A stretch of 64,000 nucleotides of DNA from Octopus bimaculoides (GCF_001194135.2 NC_069000.1:28287823-28351822); one strand, 5' to 3'. Shown: positions 25,870 to 39,173, numbered from the stretch's first letter. A program made the numbers and translations. The notes: generated from the sequence alone by a model not told the origin.

Positions 25870-26640
25870 CTCTTTGTGCCATGAGCACATAAGGCCACAA
25901 CATGAGTTCTCCAACCACCTCTGTTTTCTACAATTGTTCTTGTGTCATTCCAGCTTCTCCACCCTTTATCTCTTTTCCATGTCAATGGTCCTTCACCATG
26001 TGGTTTTAGGACACCCTGCTGCTCTTTATCTCCCAGGCTGCCACTTTGGTGCTACCATACAACTGCCTTCTTGATCTTGTCTGAGGACCTACCTCATCCA
26101 GTTCCAGCAACTTAATCTTATTTCATCACTGATCCTGTTGATGCCCATTTTCATCTCAATTGTGTAATTTCAGACTCTTTGCAACCACTTGATGTTGTGT
26201 AATCTCCTTAAGCATGTGAATTGGAAGCTGTCCATTGTTTTTTCTTCCATTTTTGTCACTTTCCAGTTTTCATATCCGTAGAGTAATACTGGCCAGACCA
26301 ATGTCTTGAATAGCATCAGCTTCATTTTACTGCCTGTACCTTTGCTTCTCCATACCTTTGTTAGATTGTAGAATGCTCTCCTGTTCTTTATATCTGCCAT
26401 TCATCTTCCATCTTTCTTGACTGTTACCCCAAAGTAAACAAATTCTTCAACAACTTCCATGTCGTCATTGCTGATTCTCACACAAGTTTGTTGTTTGGTA
26501 TTATTCCTTGTGTTTTACATTTTTCTGAGTTAAGTTTAGAGCCAATTCTGTCATAATTTTCTTCCAGTCTGTGTGTCTTGCTCTGAATGTGTTCGTAGAT
26601 GGATGATAGCAATGCTACATCATTCACAGAATCAAGATCA
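25870..26640 (-). mobile_element. RTE-clade LINE fragment (second, classical family without PHD insert)
   Basis: EFVYFGV..DIKNRRAFYNLTKVWRSK..KLMLFKTLVWPVLLYGYENWKVTK..DSFQFTCLRRLHNIKW. Confidence 0.75.
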
Positions 26641-27079
26641 GACATAAGTATACCCCAAAATACTTTCTGATTAATTTTGAAAATTTACCCATTTCTTGAA
26701 ATATTTTGAGAAGGTATAGCTTTGAATTTTTCACCAAAAAGTTAGTGGGGTGAAATTATAGATTGGAAGAGCTGTTTTCATTCTGCCTTCTCACTGTAAT
26801 AACAAAGCACTACCATCACTGTCAGTGTTGGTTTAAACAACAACAATAAAAATGAAACAACAAAAATGAGAATGAAGGAACAAGACAAAAAAATCAAATG
26901 GAAAGAAAACAAAGAAAAATAAACATTAAAAGTATAAAAGATTAAACTATTGAGGAAAAAAGAAAACAATTATATCAACAAGGAAACAAAGAAAAAGAAA
27001 AAGAAAAAAAGGAGAACTAAGTAGCAAAAGGTGGGTTTGTAGGAACTAACAGGTTGTTACACCAGATCGAATGGTGTGT

Positions 27080-28880
27080 TCAACTGTGCCTTCTGGACAT
27101 AATTGCAAAGATGTTTCTGTAGAGAATAGCCAGCGACACTTGCTGCAATAGTCACCCCATCTTGTGGGGCTCATTTCTCAGGCAGGCTATTGTTAGCTTG
27201 ATTTTGTGAAAGTAATCAGCAGTGTAGTCTGAGAACACTTGAGGTCTTGATTGCACAGAGAGAAAGTAGCAAGTCAAGCTTCTGTATCTGTTTAACTTCT
27301 TCTTCTCTGCATTATGGGTGGTGATACTTGGGTTTGTGGCCAATACAGCAAAGTTGGAGAAGGAGAATGTGTTGCTGCTTGTCACATACCAAATTAGAGA
27401 TTCCCCCACCCCCGTATGGGAATAAGGTTATTCTGTTGGAGTGCTTACCATTCCTTTGTTCAAGACTTACAGGCTCCAGTTGTGGTGGAAACTCTGCTGC
27501 ATCAAGGCCCCTTTTAATGATATAGTTCAGAGCAACATGTCACGGAAACCAGCCTATACTTTGGCTGCAGGATAATGGATGCAGGCCAAATTTATTGAGT
27601 ATGGCTCCACAACAGTATTTGTGCAGCTTGCACATGTGGAGACTGAGGTGCAGGGCCACTCCAATACAAGTGCACTCATCATCAAGAAATGAACCAGTTC
27701 ATGAGGAGGGCACTGAACTGAGCCACATGTCACTGTTTGGCTGTGAAGCAGAATGGAGACAGGCAAGGCAGTGCAGGTCTAAGTGTGTCTCAATCTGCGT
27801 GAAGGTAGATTTGCCTTTGATGTCATGCCAGTTCTGTTGGATATCTATATTCTGGGGGACAGCAAAACCTTCAGGGGTCCTATCAGCCAGAACTGGCTCC
27901 AGTTTCCAGGCCATGTTAGGTTTATTCATTCCACAAAGTACCTCACCATTAAGGGTGCTGCTGGATGAGATTGAAGAAAAATAGGTCAGCAGAGCCAGGT
28001 CCAAAGCAGAATGGAGGCCATTCTGTTACCAGTCAGCATTGTCAAAACTATCTGTTCAGCACAGCACCAAATGGTGGCATCGATTTCACTGAGTCGATTT
28101 GTGAGAGGGTGACATATACACTGCATAGTGAGAAAAGGAGCTTAGGCAGGTCAGAGCAATTCCTCAAGAGGGAGAGTGTCATGTGTGTGTCAATGAAGCA
28201 CAATCTCTCTATCATCCTAAATAGGTTTGCAAGCTTGATCTCCAGGTACCCTCTTATGGCTTTTGAGAGGATTAAGGAGCCAGGAATGCAGGAGGTGTCT
28301 CTTGGCATCAGCTGAGCTCCCATCAAGACTGGCTGGATGCTGAGTACAGCATCTTGGAATTCAGCCTCACCATAGTTCACATTTATCACCTCTGACTTGG
28401 ACAGGTTGATCTCAAGCCCAAGGAACTTTAGAACCTGGATGACCTGTTGAAGATCTCTAACTACAGACCCAGCGGAGCCACCCAGGATTGAGTCATCCAG
28501 GTATCTGATATTGAAAGGTGAGTGGACTGATCAGGCAACATCAGCAACAGCCAAGGCAAAAAGGAGCTGACCAAGAGGATCCCCCTGACAGACACCTCTG
28601 TAAGAAGCAATCTTGTTGTCAGTAGCCATGAGTGTGCTGGGTATTTCATAAGATAGGTATGTAAGTATGTGAAATGAGAGAGCATGTCTTAGATACATCT
28701 CCAAGATGTAGTCCAGTTTAAATTATTTTTTATGTTTAGCTTCAGCAGGAGGCAAGGTGATGAGGGAGGCATATGCTATGCAGTGTCTCGCTACATGGGC
28801 AGCAGTCTCTCATCCACACATTACTCCCACTTCCAGTTAGAGAGAGCTTAGAGCTTGGCTGCTTGTCAAAAGACATTGCC
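27080..28880 (-). mobile_element. CRE-clade non-LTR retrotransposon remnant (RT + zinc knuckle + restriction-like endonuclease)
   Basis: GVCQGDPLGQLLFALAV..PFNIRYLDDSILGG; LSLLRNCSDLPKLLFSL; LHSASQPNSDMWLSSVPSS..CIGVALHL..CCG..FGLHPLSC..HVALNYIIKRGLDAA..LEPVSL..NGKHSNRITLFPY..LIWYVT. Confidence 0.82.
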
Positions 28881-28929
28881 CATTACTTTCAGATGGATAC
28901 TTTCATCCTTATTATTCAGCACAGTCAGG

Positions 28930-29850
28930 TTGACTGAGAAGAGAAGATGAATTCAGTGTACAAGTAGGAGTCCACCATGGATCAGTCCTTGGCACCCTCT
29001 TGTTCATCATAGTCCTCCAAGCAATGACAGTGGAATTTAAGTTGGGCTACCTTGGGAGTTCCTTTATGCTGATGATCTTCTCCTTGTTGTTGAATCACTA
29101 CCAGAACTACAGAAGAAATTTCAGGAGTGGAAGCAAAGTCTGGAATCAAAGGGTCTTAGAGATAATTTTACAAAAATCAAAGTCTTAGTTTGTAGGAAAG
29201 CTGACAAATCACAAATCCCTTCAGGTAGATAGCCCTGCTTGATATGTAGAAAAGGCATAGGTGGAAACTCCACAAGGTATACCCAGTGTGAGCTGGGTAT
29301 ACCCAGAGGTGCAGCAATATTAGAAAAAGGTTAACAGGGAAATAGTATTTGTGTGTGGTAGATGCACAGGTACAGTAAACACTAGAAATATACTGTAAAT
29401 AGACTTTATCAAATGCCAGTGGGGATACTTAGAAGTAGTTAATAGCTTTTGTTACCTAGGTGACCAAGTCAGCAGTGGAGGGGGATGCTCTGAGACAGTA
29501 GATGCTAGAAGAAGAATGGGCTGGGCAAAGTTCAGAGAGCTTCTGCCTTTGTTTGCAACAGAGGGCCTCTCCTTGAGAGTGAAAGGCAGATTGTATGATG
29601 CCTGTGTGTGAACAGTCATGCTACACAGCAGTGAAACATGGGCTGTGATAGCAGAGGACATGCGAAGGGTTGAAAAAAATGAATCTAGTATGCTTCGCTG
29701 GATGTGCAATGTCAGTGTGCATGTACGGCAGAGTGTAAGCATCATAGAGACCAAGCCAAATTCAAAGTGGAACCTAGTGTGGCTCTCCGGCTTACCAGTT
29801 TCAGTCAAACTGTCAAACTCATGGAAAGCGGATGCTAAATAATGATGATG

Positions 29851-29852
<2 letters not shown>
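28930..29852 (+). mobile_element. RTE LINE fragment (PHD-insert family) with an internal deletion joining the ORF to the GAT tail
   Basis: QGSVLGTLLFIIVLQAMT; YADDL; ccctgcttgatatgtagaaaagg (PHD start); FCYLGDQVSSGGGCSE; ends ...catggaaagcggatgctaaataatgatgatg. Confidence 0.85.
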
Positions 29853-29900
<48 letters not shown>

Positions 29901-29930
29901 CTGGAAGAGACTTAGGCATACCAAGAACCA

Positions 29931-29975
<45 letters not shown>

Positions 29976-30062
29976 AGTGAGAATTTACAAAAAAAACAAA
30001 AGACGAAGACAGGTTAGTAAACAATAAACCGATGTATTAGTTTAACGCTCGGGAAGTGAGAA

Positions 30063-30100
30063 AGTCTTTTATGTTTCGAGCCTACTCTCTTCGATAGTAA
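30063..30100 (-). ncRNA. Minimal hammerhead-like variant (PLE-end type), doubtful
   Basis: Minus strand ta tcGAAGA gaga gtag gctc GAAAC ataaaagact; the core starts UC rather than CU and stem III is broken. Confidence 0.3.
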
Positions 30101-30401
30101 AGAACACAGAAATAAACAGGGAGAGAAAATAGAAAAAGGTATAGTGGCTAGCGATCTGTCATGGTGAATGCAGGACAGAGGGGTTACACAGGAGAGCTAG
30201 GAAGAAGGGAGATAATAAAGTAGTGGTGATCCCAAAACAAAGGTGTGCATGCGTGTGTATGTGAGAACGTGTATGCGCGTGTGGAAGGGGGCTGGTGACA
30301 TTGACGTGTGCATGTGTAGGTGTTTGGATGATGGTGTAGGTGCTGGGAAGTGGGCAGTGTGGTGGTGTGGTGTTGGGGTGTGGGGGAAGCAAGGGTGGGG
30401 T

Positions 30402-30640
30402 CTAAGGGATGGGGTGGATAGCCAGAACAAGATGCATCTTTAAGTTCAAAATTTCCATTTCAGCTATAGCACCCTCTCTATACACAGCACAAATGTCATG
30501 AGCAGCTTTTGTGGCCTTAGAACCTTGATTAAAAGCAAAAAGGAGGTGTAAAAAATGCTTGTTTTTCTTAACTTGACATTCCATTTTAATGATCTGAAAA
30601 TAAACAAAAATTAACTAAAATTAACTAGAAAAAAAAAAAA
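30402..30640 (-). mobile_element. mariner transposase N-terminal remnant
   Basis: MECQVKKNKHFLHLLFAFNQGSKATKAAHDICAVYREGAIAE resembles the mariner N-terminal HTH (HFRHILLFYF..G..A..A...ICAVYGEGA). Confidence 0.75.
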
Positions 30641-31193
30641 AAAAGATTCCAAAATGATTCAAAAATAGAATTCTAAAAAAAAGTAGATTCCAAAATTTAA
30701 AAATGCTATAAATTCCAAAATTTAAAAAAAACGTCTGGAACTTAGTTGCCAACCCAATATTAATGCCTAGCTCTGGTACCTTGCTCCAGTTCACAACTGG
30801 CTGGACTAAAATCCCTGCTCTTCTGCTTCCTGTGGAAGGGACATATGCCATTGGTCAAATGCTCCATTTGGGTGGAGGCTTAGGCATGTTGTGACTGATG
30901 ATGTGCAGATGTATGCTGAGATTGCAAAATCTTCAGGAATTCCTTGATGGTGGGTAGGCGGTCATCATTTGTCAGATGGATATTTCCACAGCTTGTCTGT
31001 TTAACAGAGCTACAGTCCTGAGTCAAACAAAGACCAAGACAGGGTGTATGGCATCTGGAACAGTGTCAAGTGCTCACAATCCTCTATAGGGCTTTCCTAT
31101 AAGTAGGTTATCTCCCTTGGCTAGGCGGTACTGCATGTAGACAATTAAACTTCCGCAGACATCCACGCTATTGTTATTGTTTTACGTCTTATC

Positions 31194-31481
31194 ATGGATA
31201 TAAAGCAGCTCGATGATTCAGCTATCGAAGTACTTACTGTGCCTGAGTTAAAGAAATATTTAAGATTATATGGACAGTATGTTACTGGAAGAAAGGCGGA
31301 CTTGACTGAAAGGTTGAAAGATATAAAAATTCTGTCGATGAAGAATGTCAACAAAGTAAATTCATCGGACGATAAGTCCGAAGTATCGGACGATACTTCA
31401 GACAGGAATAAGCAGAAGCTTATATCTCCTCTCGGTGAAGTATTGCCTGATCCTAATCTGCTTTCAGCAACCATTCACTGA
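31194..31481 (+). pseudogene. SAP-domain ORF fragment (95 aa), likely transposon-derived
   Basis: LTVPELKKYLRLYGQYVTGRKADLTERLK fits the SAP consensus (LTV.EL+..L+..GL..SG.K..L+.RL). CpG-rich relative to its flanks; abuts an R4-like relic downstream. Confidence 0.7.
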
Positions 31482-31519
31482 TTTGGCCATGAGCATGATG
31501 AGGTGTAGAAGAGGTAGGG

Positions 31520-33280
31520 ACAGTCACACTATAAAGTCTAATAATTAGAGGAATATTAGATTCAATGCTGTTTTGGCTACATAGAATTGTGTAGTCCTTT
31601 GTTGCCTAATACTTCTTCATGTCCTTTTTGTACCTCTTCCTTTGTTTTTCCCTTCTTCTATGCTTTCAATATTCTCTCATTCCTAACTGACACTTGCAAG
31701 GTTTCCTTACTTTGGGAGAGGTATCTCATTAAGCTCCTGAATTTGATACATACACAGTCTTCCACACTTATCAGTCCCCTTCCTCCATTTTCTTTCTTCA
31801 TGTATAGGCAATCAGTGTCTCCACGCAGATGATGGGCTCCATGCATCATTAGGAGCTTTCTTGTCTTCCTGTCCAACTCTTTTAGCTCCTCCTCTGTTCA
31901 CTTCAGGATTCCAGCACCATACTGAATTACTGAAACTGTATGAGTTTATTGCTGAAATTATGTTTCTGGCATTCAGCTTTGAAGCCAATATTTTTCTCAC
32001 TTGCTGTAGGTGTACTCTTTCTTTATCTTTTCTTTTATATCATTTCCATTTGCCTCGAATATTCCCAGGTATTTACAACCAGATTCAGGTTCAGTTGCCT
32101 TCATCATTTCACCACATGGCATACATATGCCTTCTGTCCTGACAAGCTCTCTTCATCTCATCACCATCATAACACATTTTGAGAGTTTAAATTCCATCTT
32201 GATATCATTTGAGAAAATCTGCACAGATTAGACTGGATTGTCCAGTTCTGTCTCACTTTTTGCGAACAACTTCAAGTCGTCCATGAATAACAAGTGGTTC
32301 AAGTTTTCCCTTACTGCTTCCCAATCACATCCCAACTTTGTCTTCTGTTGTATTTCACTCAAGGGGATCATTCCCAGCACAAAGACCAGTAGGGGATACA
32401 CTGTCCTCTGGAAGATTCCTCTCTTGATTTTCACCTCTCCTAATATCTGATTCCCTGCTGTCAATTCAGTTCTCCAACATTTCATACTGTTCCATATAAA
32501 GCTTCTCATGTTTTCTGCTACTCCATAAATTTCCATGCTTTATGATAGTCAATCCATGCCATGCCCAGGTTTGTGTGTCTTCTCTTGCAGTTTCTGATAA
32601 TTAGATCATCAATTAACAGCTAATCTTTCATTCCATGGTTCCTCTCAGCACCCTTTATGTTCAGTGGGTAGCAGCCTACTTCTTTTTAAGAATTTATACA
32701 ATTCACTGGCCAAAGCACCTGACAATAGTTTCCATATTAGCAGAAGGCTTGTTATTGGTTGAAAGTTGGATGCAATATTACCCTTTTCAGGATCCTTGGC
32801 ACATAATAATATCTTTCTCTTTGTCATCCAGCTGGGTTCTGTGCCCTCCTGCAAGGACTCATCTAGTTGTTGTACTATCCTTTCATAGAGCCCTCCCATC
32901 TTCTTCATCCTGTAACCTTGGACCCCATCCAATCCTGGGCTCTTCCAATTTGGGAGTTTCCTTAACTGCTTTTTTTAAAATCTTTTCGGTAGTAATTTTT
33001 GTCTTGGCCTTCTATATTTCTTAACTGTTCAATCTGCTATCTCCCCCACAAGAAATTTGCTGTCATGTGCCTATGTTAGAAATCCTTATTTAGGGAAGAT
33101 TGACAGAATTATTAGAACATTAGACAAAATGCTTTGTGGAATTTGTTCTGGCTCTTGAGAACAAATCCTGAGGAAGTCAGCTTTGCTGTTCTTCTTCATA
33201 CGGTCAATAAATTGTAGCGCCAGTCATATGCTTTCTTCACAATCCTAGTATCAAACAGACATGGATCAGTCAGTATGCAT
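31520..33280 (-). mobile_element. R4/Dong-clade non-LTR retrotransposon RT remnant
   Basis: ILLCAKDPEKGNIASNFQPITSL..WKLLSG; GEVKIKRGIFQ..LLVFVLGMIPL; NHLLFMDDLKLFAKSE; KILASKLNARNIISAINSY; DRKTRKLL..RGDTDCLY..ENGGRGLISVEDC. May extend to ~33640. Confidence 0.85.
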
Positions 33281-33910
33281 ATTCAATCATCATCATCATA
33301 ATCAATAACATCATCATTATTATTATGAGGAGGGCAGGAGTAGATTGGCAGAGTCACTAATGATTTGAAATACCCCTTGGAATATATGTAGTTACAGTTC
33401 TTTATGTTTGAAGAAATGTGCTGTGTGCTTTCACATGGCACTGCATGGATCAGTCTTAACACTTCTGCTGTGGGGTATGGGTCTTCATCAGTATGGCCAG
33501 GCACCAAGTATCTCGTCCTTTGTCATCTCACCTGAAAAGTTCAGCTTCCTGATGTTGTTCTTCAGTAATTCATCCCATATCTTCCTCATGTTGCATCCAC
33601 TTTGAGTGATGGGCACTTCTTTATGGAGGTGTCAGCTTTATGTTGCAATTAGTTTTGAAAAATAATTGAAAATTTAGGACAGATGTAATAAAATAGCATT
33701 TTTATTATCAAAATAGTGTTTGAAACATAACAAAAGGTTCTCACATAAAACAATATAATGGGCCATTTAACACTTTGAATCGAGAGATTTTGAATGGTGG
33801 CGTGAGAATCATTCTCAAAATTCAAATTAGAAAGGTTAAGTATTTTCCTTGTACTTGTTATTGTATTGTACTTGAGTTACTTTTGTAAAAAGCAATTTAA
33901 TATTCTCTAG

Positions 33911-33998
33911 CTTTCAGGAGAAGCTGCTTTTAGAAGAGTTTCATTCCTGAAGATATTAAGAATCTATCATCACCTCCACCACCACTACTGTTATCATC
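33911..33998 (+). other. RALBP1: RALBP1 5' UTR part of the first coding exon (acceptor at 33910 or 33917)
   Basis: Pyrimidine-rich tattctctag|ctttcag|gag. An in-frame TGA upstream of ATG 33999 makes this ATG the start. Confidence 0.6.
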
Positions 33999-34080
33999 AT
34001 GAGTTATGAAAGCGCAGATGGTCATGACAAAGATTTCCCTGGGCTATACCGGCCTTCCACAGGAATTGATTCTGCCTCAA
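33999..34080 (+). CDS. RALBP1: RalA-binding protein 1 (RLIP76/Rlip), coding exon 1
   Basis: MSYESADGHDKDFPGLYRPSTGIDSAS+A. The N-terminal FPGLY motif is characteristic of RalBP1/Rlip. Donor gtaaat at 34081, phase 1. Confidence 0.9.
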
Positions 34081-34267
34081 GTAAATAATCTTTTTGTTTT
34101 GATCACTTTATAATAGTTCCTTTTTTTTTATCTTTAGAGAATACGTGTGTATAGGTATGTATTTATATATGTATGTGTATATGCATGTGTGCATGCACAT
34201 ACATGCCATATGTGTATGTGCATACTCATGTATGTACATACATATATATACATATAAATATGTATGC

Positions 34268-34304
<37 letters not shown>

Positions 34305-35677
34305 TATATATATATACACATATATTTAACTAAATTTTTCTTAAACCATATCTTACCATCTTAACAGAGAATACAATTTATTCACTTAAAAGAAAGACAA
34401 TCTGGTCAGTCAGAATGCCTTTAACAAAAGCACTGCTCAATCAGAACTGACTTGAAGGTTCAACAACAAAACACTGTAAGCTAATGTTAATTCATTTAAT
34501 GAATGGAATTAATTGACAGTTAAAAATAATCATGCTGTAATAAAACAAAATATAAAACTTGTACAGGAAGCAATTCTAGATAAATATCAACATTATTTTG
34601 ACTCTCCCAGTGAAGTATAGCTGACACTATATTTTCTGAAATAGTGATGAAAGTATCACTAAGTAAATGTACAAGATTGTACATTGGCTGAGATAACATA
34701 ATTGAGGCGTTTAGTAACAGACTGTCATAAGCACCACAACTTAAAAACTGAGAAAAATGCAATCAAAGTTTTGCAACTTTCAGAATGCAATATGTTGGCA
34801 AGGAATGAAGTTAGGAAGCTGGTTTTGGTCTTAAAATAACTGTGAAGACCTCCTCTAATCATTCCACCTATGTAAAATTATTTATGTATGTATGCATCTG
34901 AAAGATGAAACAAATACTGCATCTTTCTCATTTTGTAGTATATACTGGTACTATGAAATGGTGTATTGCATTGCATATTTTAGCCATAATACCTAGAAAA
35001 AACCTACCGAACCCCGCTAAAGATATTGTTTGTGTTTTAAGTATCTTTCAGAGGTAAGACAAATAGTAGGATAATAGCCCATTATTGTTATGATGGTAAC
35101 TAAGAATGTTAGAAAATGAGCCATAACACCTTGGAAAACGATACAGAGACCACACCTGTGTGCTTATGATGGTGTGTTACTAAACTCTCTGGTCTGAGTT
35201 TGGGTGAGTGAGCATTGTGTCAGTAGCATTGAGGTACAGTTTTTTTCAGCCAGATTGGTTCTTCCTCCCAATTTTTCAGATTCTAGATGTTGAGACAAAG
35301 AAAATGATAAACTAATCTCCAAAATGGCTGGGTTGGCGCTTACGACACTGCTACTAAATGCTTCAATTGTTTTAGAGATTTAATAATTCAGATATGTTGT
35401 CCATATAAGTTAGCATTTACCAATCTAATGCAAGAAAGGTTAAAAAGTTAACTAGAAATATGCTGTGAACAAAAAACAATATTAGTCAATGACTCGACAT
35501 GTTTTACCTTATTCTGACTGACCATCTCATCTGATAAAGTGGTTTATGACAAAGTGTAACATGAAAAAACAATACTATGTTTATCTCTATTGTTTTCACT
35601 TAAAGGTGAAACATTTTTGTTTGTAATATTTTTGTATATACTAATATAGCTTAAACTGATTTATTTGTTGCCTATAG

Positions 35678-35828
35678 TTGGTGAAGATGACAACGAGCGA
35701 CAAAGCAAGAAGAAAGACACAGATAAAAAGAAGAAAGAAAGCCGTAAGGAAAAGAAAGACAAAGGTTATATGATGTTTGAAGAAGAAGATTCTGAAGAAG
35801 AGCAGCTAGTCAATATGGAAGACATCAA
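35678..35828 (+). CDS. RALBP1: RALBP1 coding exon 2
   Basis: cctatag|TT GGT...ATC AA|gtaagt; (I)GEDDNERQSKKKDTDKKKKESRKEKKDKGYMMFEEEDSEEEQLVNMEDI(K), corresponding to the K-rich KEK..GY..F.E.SS segment. Phase 1 in, phase 2 out. Confidence 0.92.
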
Positions 35829-36010
35829 GTAAGTGAACTTAGACAATTTAGCCTGGTTTTGATTTCTCTAAGGAGTGGTAATGTCAGCTAGCATAAATAA
35901 TTGGCTCCAGAATAAGCTCCTTACAATATTCAGTGTTGTCCTTCTGCTTGTTTGTTTTTTTATTATTTTAAAATTTTATATCACAATTTGTGAACAATAA
36001 TGGGCAGAAT

Positions 36011-36479
36011 CTTGGTTTAAGCACCCCTCATAACTTTTTTCTATTTTTTTTTTTTGAATTTTAAGAAAAGTTTTGTAAATTTGTATTCTACACATGGGAA
36101 TTCATACAATTATGTAAAAAAAAAAAATTTTTTTAAGGGGGTGATTTAACACATCCCTTGACCACCTGGTACCTTCCTTGTTTCTTTGTCACTCTGATAT
36201 GTATTAATGTTTTACATTATTTTTTACTCATAAACATGTTTAATGGAATGATGTGCTCAAAGGAGGTCCATTGTTGGGATTTACACACAAAAAACTTTTT
36301 GTAATTTAAATGTTAACTTTCCCCTAAATTGGGGGTGAGGGTGGAGGTAGAGATTAAAGAATTAAAAAAAAATTTGCATAATCACATGAATTCCCATGTG
36401 TAGAACACAAATTCACAAAAATTTTCTGAAAATTCTATATAATATAGTTATGAGGGGTTATGTGGGGTGCTTTAATCAG
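36011..36479. mobile_element. MITE with ~110-bp imperfect TIRs
   Basis: aagcacccctcataac...gtattctacacatgggaattcat vs atgaattcccatgtgtagaacac...gttatgagggg...ggggtgctt. Confidence 0.8.
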
Positions 36480-36799
36480 AATTCCACCCAATAATGTAAA
36501 TAGTTTCAGGGTCCCTATTAGTAGTTCCTGGCCCACTGCATTTATAATGGTGTGAGTGACAAGGATGCATTCTATGACACATGGGGAAATGAATTCCACA
36601 TAGTATTTTTTTGTTGGGAAGCATCAGTTTATCAATTTTCTCACCATGCTTACATTTTTTGAGGATGGACACTGAGAAAAAGAGAGAGAGAGAAGGAAGG
36701 AGGATGAGTCAGGTAACTGAAAGAAAATATATAAAGAAAAACAAAGACACAAAGCAGAAAAATCAGCATACTCCCATTAAAAAATTGTCCACATGTTCA

Positions 36800-37420
36800 A
36801 CTAGATGCACCAAAGAAACAGACCATTCAACAAAGCAGCTTTCAGTTCCAATGGGATCAAGGGAAGTGATTGTGTTCCAGGATCTTGTGGATTTCATTGA
36901 TGCTGCGTACATGTTTTTGATGGCAACCCCCAAGGAGTTCTTGGCATTGTGTGGCTCCCCTCCACTTTAAAATCCCAGATGCAACAGTTAGGGAGGGTCT
37001 AATCAGGAGAGCTAGGGCACCATATGTTGGATGTCACATTATTGCATAGTTCTTCTGGGTCTTGTTGGACATGACAGCCCTCTCCTCATCACATAGGATT
37101 TTTACCTAATGTCTTTGTGCACCAGACATCTAAAAGCTGACATCTTACCATGAGCAGCCCATCAATGTCTCTCATTGATTCAATGGGATTGTCATTCACG
37201 ATATCCTGGAACTGCAGAGAATGTTTCTTTCTTTTGCTCATAGTTGACAGATCCTTACCAAAGCCCTTCAGTTTTTCCTCAATCTTTAGCACCAAGAACC
37301 TAATCATCTTTAAGAAGCCAGCAATCTCTGAATTATATCTTCTCATTTCCTTATCACACTGAAATCTGCCATGTCGATGCTGTTGTTATGACTGAAAGAG
37401 AAATGAGTAAGTTAAAATTT
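36800..37420 (-). mobile_element. Internally deleted maT-like (DD37D family) element
   Basis: NSEIAGFLKMIRFLVLKI..SKRKKHS..QDIVNDNPIESMRDI (N-terminal HTH) joined to QQD..NVTSNIWCPSSPD..CIW. Confidence 0.7.
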
Positions 37421-37559
37421 GGTATAAGCTGCATGACATTACATAAAGTCATCTTCCATTTATAGCCCACTAAAGCTGTGTTCACAAATACACAGTGCAC
37501 TTTGTGTTTTGTGTGTGTGTGTGTGAGTGAAGGTGTGTGGTGTAGGTGTATTCTTGGCA

Positions 37560-38820
37560 GAGAAATAGGTTGATAAAGTGTCTGAGGTGGTCAGTGAGTG
37601 TGTGATAGGATTGTTAAGTTAAGATTAGTGTTAGGTTATACAACAGTAACTTTTATCTTGGCATTTGCTACACAAGCTGGACTGGCAGATGAACAGATAG
37701 TGCATTTCTATGAGGCCCTTCTGCAGATTACCTTGGTGACAGATGACAATGACCTTATTGTCATGGCTGGTAATTTTGGTAGACATATTGGGCACACTCT
37801 GGTGGATTTCATAATGTTCATGGAGGTTACAACTTTGGTCTTAGAAATGAAGTAGGAATGAGGCTGTTAGAGTTCTGTGATGCAAATAACTTGTAGATCT
37901 GCAACGCTAACTTCAGGAAATTTACTAACCACCTGATCACCTATGAATCTGGTGGACACAAAAGCTAGATTGACTACATTCTCACCAGAAAACTTAATCG
38001 ATAGATGTTTGTGAAAGCAAAGTTTTTTCCTGTTGAGGAATGTACTACTTAACATAGGTTAGTAGCTAGTAATTGCAGACTTAGAGTGAGAAGGACCCAG
38101 AGATGCAAACCAATCTGGAAAAGAACTATATGGAAACTTGAAGATCCTTCAAACAGTCAGAGATTTAGAGACATTCTAATTGAAGTATTTGACCAATCTG
38201 CAACATTTGCAAAGTTACAGGTGACTTAAGGCGATGTGGCGAAACAGGGAAGCAGACAGAGCTATTAAAAGTGAAGAGGTAGGCTTTGAAGGTTTGGAAG
38301 AATGGGGCAGCAGTGAACTACGTTTAACAAAGGGAAAAGCAGAAAATAAGAGGTTGGCCAAACTTTTATGTCATAAGTAAATAGTGACATGAGGTGTTTT
38401 AGATTGCAAGGCAGCATATCAGAGAATACCACCACATTGTGGGAGAGAACTGTGTATGGAAGGATAATGGTACACGTGCACTTATGTTTCTGAAAAGTAA
38501 GCAGCATGGAAGCGTTAAGAAAGGTTACTAAATATGGAGAATGAATGGGTGAAAGAAGGTCTTAATGTGTACCAAATGAAGAGTCCAGCCAATCTTATTG
38601 ACAACAGTATGATAAAGCAGTTGAGGATATGTAGACATGAAAAATCCCTGGAGTAGGATGCAGTCTAGTCACCTGTATAGTTAAACAGGTATCTCACCTA
38701 TCTAGTGTGGCAACATCATAGTCAACTGTTACAAGAATAAAGAAGATGCCTTAAAAGAAGTTATCAGAGAGGCACCAAATTGTTGGACCAGATCATGAAT
38801 ATTATGAAGAGAGTTATAGT
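37560..38820 (+). mobile_element. RTE LINE remnant (AP endonuclease to RT N-terminus)
   Basis: CDRIVKLRLVLG..ILAFATQAGLADEQIVHFYEALL..LIVMAGNFGRHIG; ITYESGGHKS*IDYILTRK; ends in the gtcaactgttacaag / aattgttggaccagatcatg segment homologous to 2780-2880. Confidence 0.75.
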
Positions 38821-39173
38821 GTAAAAGTGGGTAAGTTCATATCCTATTACTAGTATCCAGTATGTCCTTAAAACAAAATACCTTACCTTCCCAATAGCTG
38901 CAGGATAACATAGGAAGAGAAGAAACTAGATACCTGCTCAGAATGTTTCCAACAGCAGGAATTCTACCAAAGACACCTAATGATTAGGTGTTGTAATTAC
39001 ATAATCAACAGTTGGAATTCAGTTATAAGAGAATATTCTTACCAACACTATGCAAAAATGTCAAAATATCATCACAAGTAAAATTATAGTATATTTTCCT
39101 TTTTGTCTCTCATCTAAAATATGTTTATTGTATCTAATCTTTTTAATATTGTCATTTTTTCCATTTATTTCAG

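Noticed and set aside
36611-36970. Lys-rich plus-strand ORF inside RALBP1 intron 2 as an extra exon
   Set aside because: No convincing splice sites, not needed for phase continuity, and its 3' half is the antisense of a maT-like relic.
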